In this document: in pieces, positions 59,353 through 64,000 of the stretch
Layout: each line of letters opens with the position of its first letter
How positions within the stretch are numbered: position 1 is the first letter of the stretch
Origin: Paraspadella gotoi
Taxonomy: Eukaryota; Animalia; Chaetognatha
Length of the DNA: 64,000 nucleotides
Direction: 5' to 3'
NCBI GenBank assembly: GCA_051294375.1
Contig: CM119264.1
Span: 23,302,787 to 23,366,786 of the forward strand
The notes under the pieces: model-generated
Databases searched by the model: none
What the model was told of the DNA's origin: nothing
Seen by the model: only the letters and a program-made list of their open reading frames with translations
Program-made: the position numbers and the translations under genes

Positions 59353-59537
59353 TGTGATGCAGTGAGTTGTTTAAAATGGTTGAGGTGGATTCACGCACAG
59401 GGTGAAAGACCATTGAATAAGAAACGGTGAGGTGAAATCAGCCAATCAAATCAACCCAGACATAAATAAAACCGGAAGTGAAACCGGAAGTACATCAAGA
59501 AACTAGAGTTTCCGACTTCCCTTCCCCTCGAACTTAC

Positions 59538-59692
59538 CTTCGACGCTGCGTGTCCCGACGACATCTTCGACTGCGACGCGAGGAAAGAGTTGAGACTCGC
59601 CTGCGCGGCGGCAGCTGCGGCGGCGGCGGCGTGAGGACCGAAGGCGAGACCCGGGTGTAGACCCGGATGTAGACCTGGCTGAGGGGGGAGAC
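59538..59692 (-). CDS. SoxD: SoxD internal exon (GLPPQPGLHPGLHPGLAFGPH-polyA-QASLNSFLASQSKMSSGHAASK)
   Basis: Acceptor ttttttttcag| at 59693 and consensus donor AAG|gtaagt at 59537. 155 bp, phase 1 to 0, matching both flanking exons. Confidence 0.87.
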
Positions 59693-59817
59693 CTGAAAAA
59701 AAAAAGAATTATTGACGATTAGTTAATATTAACGATTAAGATTAATGAAATATGCGATTATTAACATTTATTAACGTTTGATTAATAGCATCATTTCTTC
59801 TTTTATTGATTTCTCAC

Positions 59818-60171
59818 CTGGAAACGGGTGCCCCCCTCCGTTCGGCGACAGCGGATGCGGTCCGAAAGGATGCTGCCTCGGCGGCCCGCCCGCGGAGGGC
59901 GAGGTGGGGGCCACGTTGGGGAACGCGCCCAGCAAGGGCATCGAGCCAAAAGGAGCCTGATGAGGCAGCGGCGGCGGCGGCCCCGCGGGCGATCGAGACC
60001 GGTCGCGGCCACCCGATCGGCCGCCCGGTGGCGATAGCGGACCGCTCGATCCGGACCCAGATGGCACGCCCCCCGATCCTGATCGAGGGCTGATCGGAGC
60101 CGACTGGGGCGACCCTACCGGCTGCGAGGAGTTGGACGAGGTGGCGCTGTGGGGAACTCGGTCTCGTGGGG
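59818..60171 (-). CDS. SoxD: SoxD internal exon (APRDRVPHSATSS...GRDRSRSPAGPPPP...NGGGHPFP)
   Basis: Acceptor ttgcttatcag| at 60172 and donor G|gtgaga at 59817. 354 bp, phase 1-1, GC-rich open frame overlapping ORF 59771..60067. Confidence 0.85.
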
Positions 60172-60421
60172 CTGATAAGCAATAAGAAGAAAAGGAAGGA
60201 ACTTTTTTTGTTAGCGGTAATAAGATAAAGATGACACAATAATAGGATCAAATTGACATTGATATTGGCGACATAAGTTACAGGATAAATACGGAACCGA
60301 AAAGGACTGGCATTAAAATGTTTTAGGAATATATATAACATAAATATAAAACACTGACATGACCTAAAAAGGAAAACAGATTCCCTTTCTCCCCTAGCAT
60401 CCCTTCTCTTCTCTTACTCAC

Positions 60422-60736
60422 CGAAAGGATAACCCTCTCCGACAGAATAGCCCGGCGGTAAACGCCCCTGGAGGAACGCCGAGGCCGCCGCCGCCGCCAT
60501 GATGGATTGGGGCGAGGCTGGCCGCTTGAGGGCGTTGAAGGGCGGGAAGGGTGGGGTGGGGCGTTGATCGGGTCGGTGAGGCGGGAAAGGGTCGAGGGCT
60601 GGGCGCGAAGGTGACGGAGGAGGCGAACTAGGCGATGGGGGCGTGGCGCTTCCGATTTCGCGTCCGTCGGTTTTGACGCGACTTTGACGCGAACCGACGT
60701 CGACGAACTGTCGGCCAAAGCTTAAATCTTGGGGGC
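60422..60736 (-). CDS. SoxD: SoxD internal exon (GPQDLSFGRQ...PASPQSIMAAAAASAFLQGRLPPGYSVGEGYPF)
   Basis: Pyrimidine tract plus taag| acceptor at 60737 and donor G|gtgagt at 60421. 315 bp, phase 1-1, no stops in the frame that matches both neighbours (this frame is not in the ORF track). Confidence 0.82.
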
Positions 60737-60983
60737 CTTAAGATTTGGGAAGATGTGGAGAGAGGATGAGAAGATAAATTGTTCAATTTTAATAATCTCA
60801 CAATACTATATTGGCAACAAACCAAAAAAAAAAAAAGATTAGGGACAATAGTTTTGTCGACCTTTATCTAAATCTCCTAAATCCTAGTATTTGGTCTTTA
60901 TCTTTATCCCAAACTCAAATCTTAATCTCTAATCCAAATCTGTAATCACAAATCCAAATCTTATTCTCGATTCCTCCCCTCAC

Positions 60984-61400
60984 CGTCGAACTCGTGACGC
61001 CCGTTTCTCTTCTCCGACTCCAGATTCTGCGGCGCCGATCTTCGCGGCGCCGGCTTGGGTTTGACGCTCAAATTCAGCGGCGCCTCTTGGCCGGTCAAAG
61101 CGCCGGAAATGGCGCCGGCCATGGGGGTTCCTGTAGGCGTGGTCGCCGGAAAGCGCCCGTCTTCCGCCGCTTCCGGGTGAGGTTCCGACGCGGCGACCGC
61201 AGCGGCGGCAGCGGCCTCGAAAAATCGGGCGCCCAAGTGATGACGATGAGGATGCTGGGGCTGGTGAAGATGCTGGCGGTGAGGCGAGGCGGGTGAGTCG
61301 CGCTGCGGCGGCGACGGAGACCGAGGCGGTGGCGGCGAATGGGCGGCCACCGTCGAGTGGGTAGGGCTGGGATTAGGTGAGGCGAGATGGGAGCGAGAAT
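60984..61400 (-). CDS. SoxD: SoxD transcription factor, internal exon (Pro/His/Ala-rich, carries PLNLS CtBP-type motif)
   Basis: Acceptor ccttttccag| at 61401 and donor G|gtgagg at 60983. 417 bp, phase 1-1, open frame xSRSHLASPNPSPTHSTVAAHSPPPP...QEAPLNLSVKPK...HEFD. PLNLSxKPK resembles the vertebrate Sox5/Sox6 motif. Confidence 0.88.
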
Positions 61401-61815
61401 CTGGAAAAGGTAAGGGTCGGGGTGGAGGAGAAAGAAGTTACCGTCTCGTTGGTGAGGGTAATAAAATAAAGAAAAGAGAAAAGAGAGGAAATAAAATAAA
61501 ATAAAATAAAATAAAGAAAAGAGAAAAGAGAGGAAATAAAAGGAAGGAAAGAAGCAAAGAGGTCGACGTCTTCTCTTTCATCTCCAGACCGAAAATCAGT
61601 GAAAAGTAAAAGGAGGACTTTTTTTCCTTTGGAGAAGAAGAGGGCGAAAGGGAGGATTGGCCACTTGGCTTCTTTCAAACCCACTGTTGGTCGTCTGTTT
61701 GTCGTTGGCGGTCTGCGCTCTCTCTTCTCTCTCTCATTTCTCTCTCTTCACTCTCTCTCTCTCTTCGTCTCTGCTCTCTCTCTCTGCTCTCTCTCCTCTC
61801 TCTCTCTCCGTCTCG

Positions 61816-61854
<39 letters not shown>

Positions 61855-62818
61855 CTCTCCTCCCTAACTCTCTCACTCTCTCACCCATAATTTTTTCTCA
61901 ATATCTCCTCCTCTTTATCTGTCAACCTCAATTTCTTTCCCCGCAAAAGAATCTTCCTTCCGCACAATTTCTTTTTGCCTTCCTTTTCTTTCCAGTTCTT
62001 TCCTTTTTCTTTTTTTTTTCTTTTGCTTTTCCAAATTTCCCTTCCTTTCTTTTGCTTTTTTTTTCGTTTTAATTTTCTTTTTAATTTTCTTTATGTTTTT
62101 TTTCCCTAATTATGGACAACACTTTTTAGAGGAGGAAATGGTTCGATTAATTAAACCTAATTTCCTGCTTCAGGTTCGCACCTCAATTTTCCATTCGGTT
62201 TTTTGGCGTTTTAGCTTTTACTTTTTCAACCATATCCGTATCTAATTGCCTCACCCGGTCCCCGTTAGCTAGTTAGTAGTAAGTTAAACTTCTATCTATT
62301 TTAATAATTAAAATTAATATTCCGACGACGCCGGAATTAGTTAACGAAAATCAATACTCGTTTTCTTTTTATGACAGGAGCCCGCGGGCGGAAAGCGGAA
62401 GCGGAGGAGAAAAAAATTCGATGGACGATTCAGTGGAAACAGAATTGAATAATGGGGAAGAAAGTTGGGAAAGGAAGGGAAAGAGAATGGGAAGGTATAG
62501 TAGGGAGGAAAAAAAAGCTAAAGTTAAAGGGGTCGAAGGAAGGGAGAAGGGACCGCAACGAACGAAACCGCATTGCCGAGTCACTGCTACAAGGAAGCAG
62601 CAGCACGTCTCTCCTTCAACTGCAACAAAAACCGTGACAACTTCAATGACTTCGTGACAGCTGCAACGCTTAGTCCGCCCGACCTTCGCTTCCATTTATC
62701 CGAAAACCGAAAGACGCCGACGCCGCTCCCCGATGCCGCAGCGGCCGACTTCGCAGCTGCCGCTTATTCTCTTCCTTTCCCTTTTGTATGCTTGTGTTCC
62801 ATATTACCTGAAGGAGAG

Positions 62819-62862
<44 letters not shown>

Positions 62863-62872
62863 AGAGAGAGAG

Positions 62873-62925
<53 letters not shown>

Positions 62926-63771
62926 GCGGAATGATATTCCAAATTGAGTGCGAAGTCGCGTTGATAAAAGGGAGAAAGGAGAAAATGGGAAGAGGAAGGA
63001 GGAAGAGAAAGATAAAAGGAAGGGGTGAAGTTCAAATGGAAAAGAGATTAAACGAGGGGCGAGGTAAGTTTTTTGGTAGCATGAGAAAATGAAAATTGTT
63101 GGTTTTTTTTCAGTTCATTTTATGTCATTCTTAGTTTTACCAACATACGTATACCCGCCTTAACCCCATAAGTAAACAAGGATTTGAGGTAAACGGTTTA
63201 TTTTCCTGGAGATAAATTGATTCGCGGATAAATCGATCGAGATTTTTCTTCGGATAAAAAAAAAAACCAACGACGACGATAACGACGACGACGACGACGA
63301 CGACTGAGAAAAAGTGGCCGTAGGGATTGACGCCCTTGACTTCCGGTCAAACGAACCGACATCGCGATTATCGTCGGCTTCTTTACCGACGGAGTTCCAC
63401 CCATTTCTACCTCCAAAATCGACGACCACCCAAAAGAGTGAAAGCCTCTTTAAAGATGCAACTCACGCGCTGTGAAAACCACTTTACAAAATCCCTTAGA
63501 CTGTAACCAAAGAGTACATGTGACCAACTCGTTGAACACCGACTACGCAGAGTAGACCCACCAAGACTAAGACTTTCCCATCGCTTCCACTCTCAAACCT
63601 CACCGCTCACAGCTCTCGCCCCCTCGTTCTTTCGCCCGCCGTGAATTTCGGGTGAGGAGATGAATGAGAAATGGATTTCCGAGAAAAGTCAGGCGGAGAC
63701 ATATGAGACCATTAATTCCTTCGCGTCAACAATTTATGATATAAGAATGTTGCGTAGCTCAGGTTATTTGC

Positions 63772-63802
<31 letters not shown>

Positions 63803-64000
63803 CAAGCGCTGACCAGAGACGGTTATGCGACGCAAATGGTTGGAGTCGTTGTCGTGGTTTGTTTGCCCAAGCAAATGCTTGAAGTCGTTGTAAAAAATCG
63901 GAAAAAGTAGAACGAAAACGCCTTTAAAAAGGAGGGGGGGAAGGCAATCATGTTTTTAGGGTTCAATATGGGTGAGAACTATTAATTCTCTCTTTCGTGG

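Larger units (their letters stand above)
58770..59495. promoter_or_regulatory. Intronic motif cluster: 4 Sox sites, 2 CRE palindromes, CCAAT box, 2 ETS sites
   Basis: ACAATGG at 58775, 58801, 58969 and reverse at 59031. TGACGTCA at 59041 and 59068. AGCCAATCA at 59440. ACCGGAAGT at 59471 and 59483. Motifs seen directly; function inferred. Confidence 0.5.

Overview
Eukaryotic, arthropod-like (probably crustacean; taxon inferred) genomic DNA rich in (AG/CT)n and (GAC)n microsatellites, from a gapped assembly patched with noisy long-read sequence. The main feature is a large minus-strand SoxD (Sox102F/Sox5/6-type) gene. Six exons join with compatible splice phases: 61400-60984, 60736-60422, 60171-59818, 59692-59538, 37153-36859, and an HMG-box exon present twice (31466-31225 and ~26013-25766). 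The N-terminus lies beyond 64000, and I could not find the second half of the HMG box. The introns hold a near-complete but frameshifted LINE ORF2, a tRNA-derived SINE present in only one of two duplicated copies, and a dense Sox/CRE/CCAAT/ETS motif cluster. Several multi-kb duplications end exactly at 25-N gaps and look like assembly or haplotype artefacts. An ~11 kb block (13.2-24.6 kb) appears foreign to the locus and carries PDZ-like and MULE-like remnants. I see no well-supported novel multi-gene system. The best leads are regulatory (a possible internal promoter or autoregulatory module and a recursive splice site) plus possible insertion polymorphisms.
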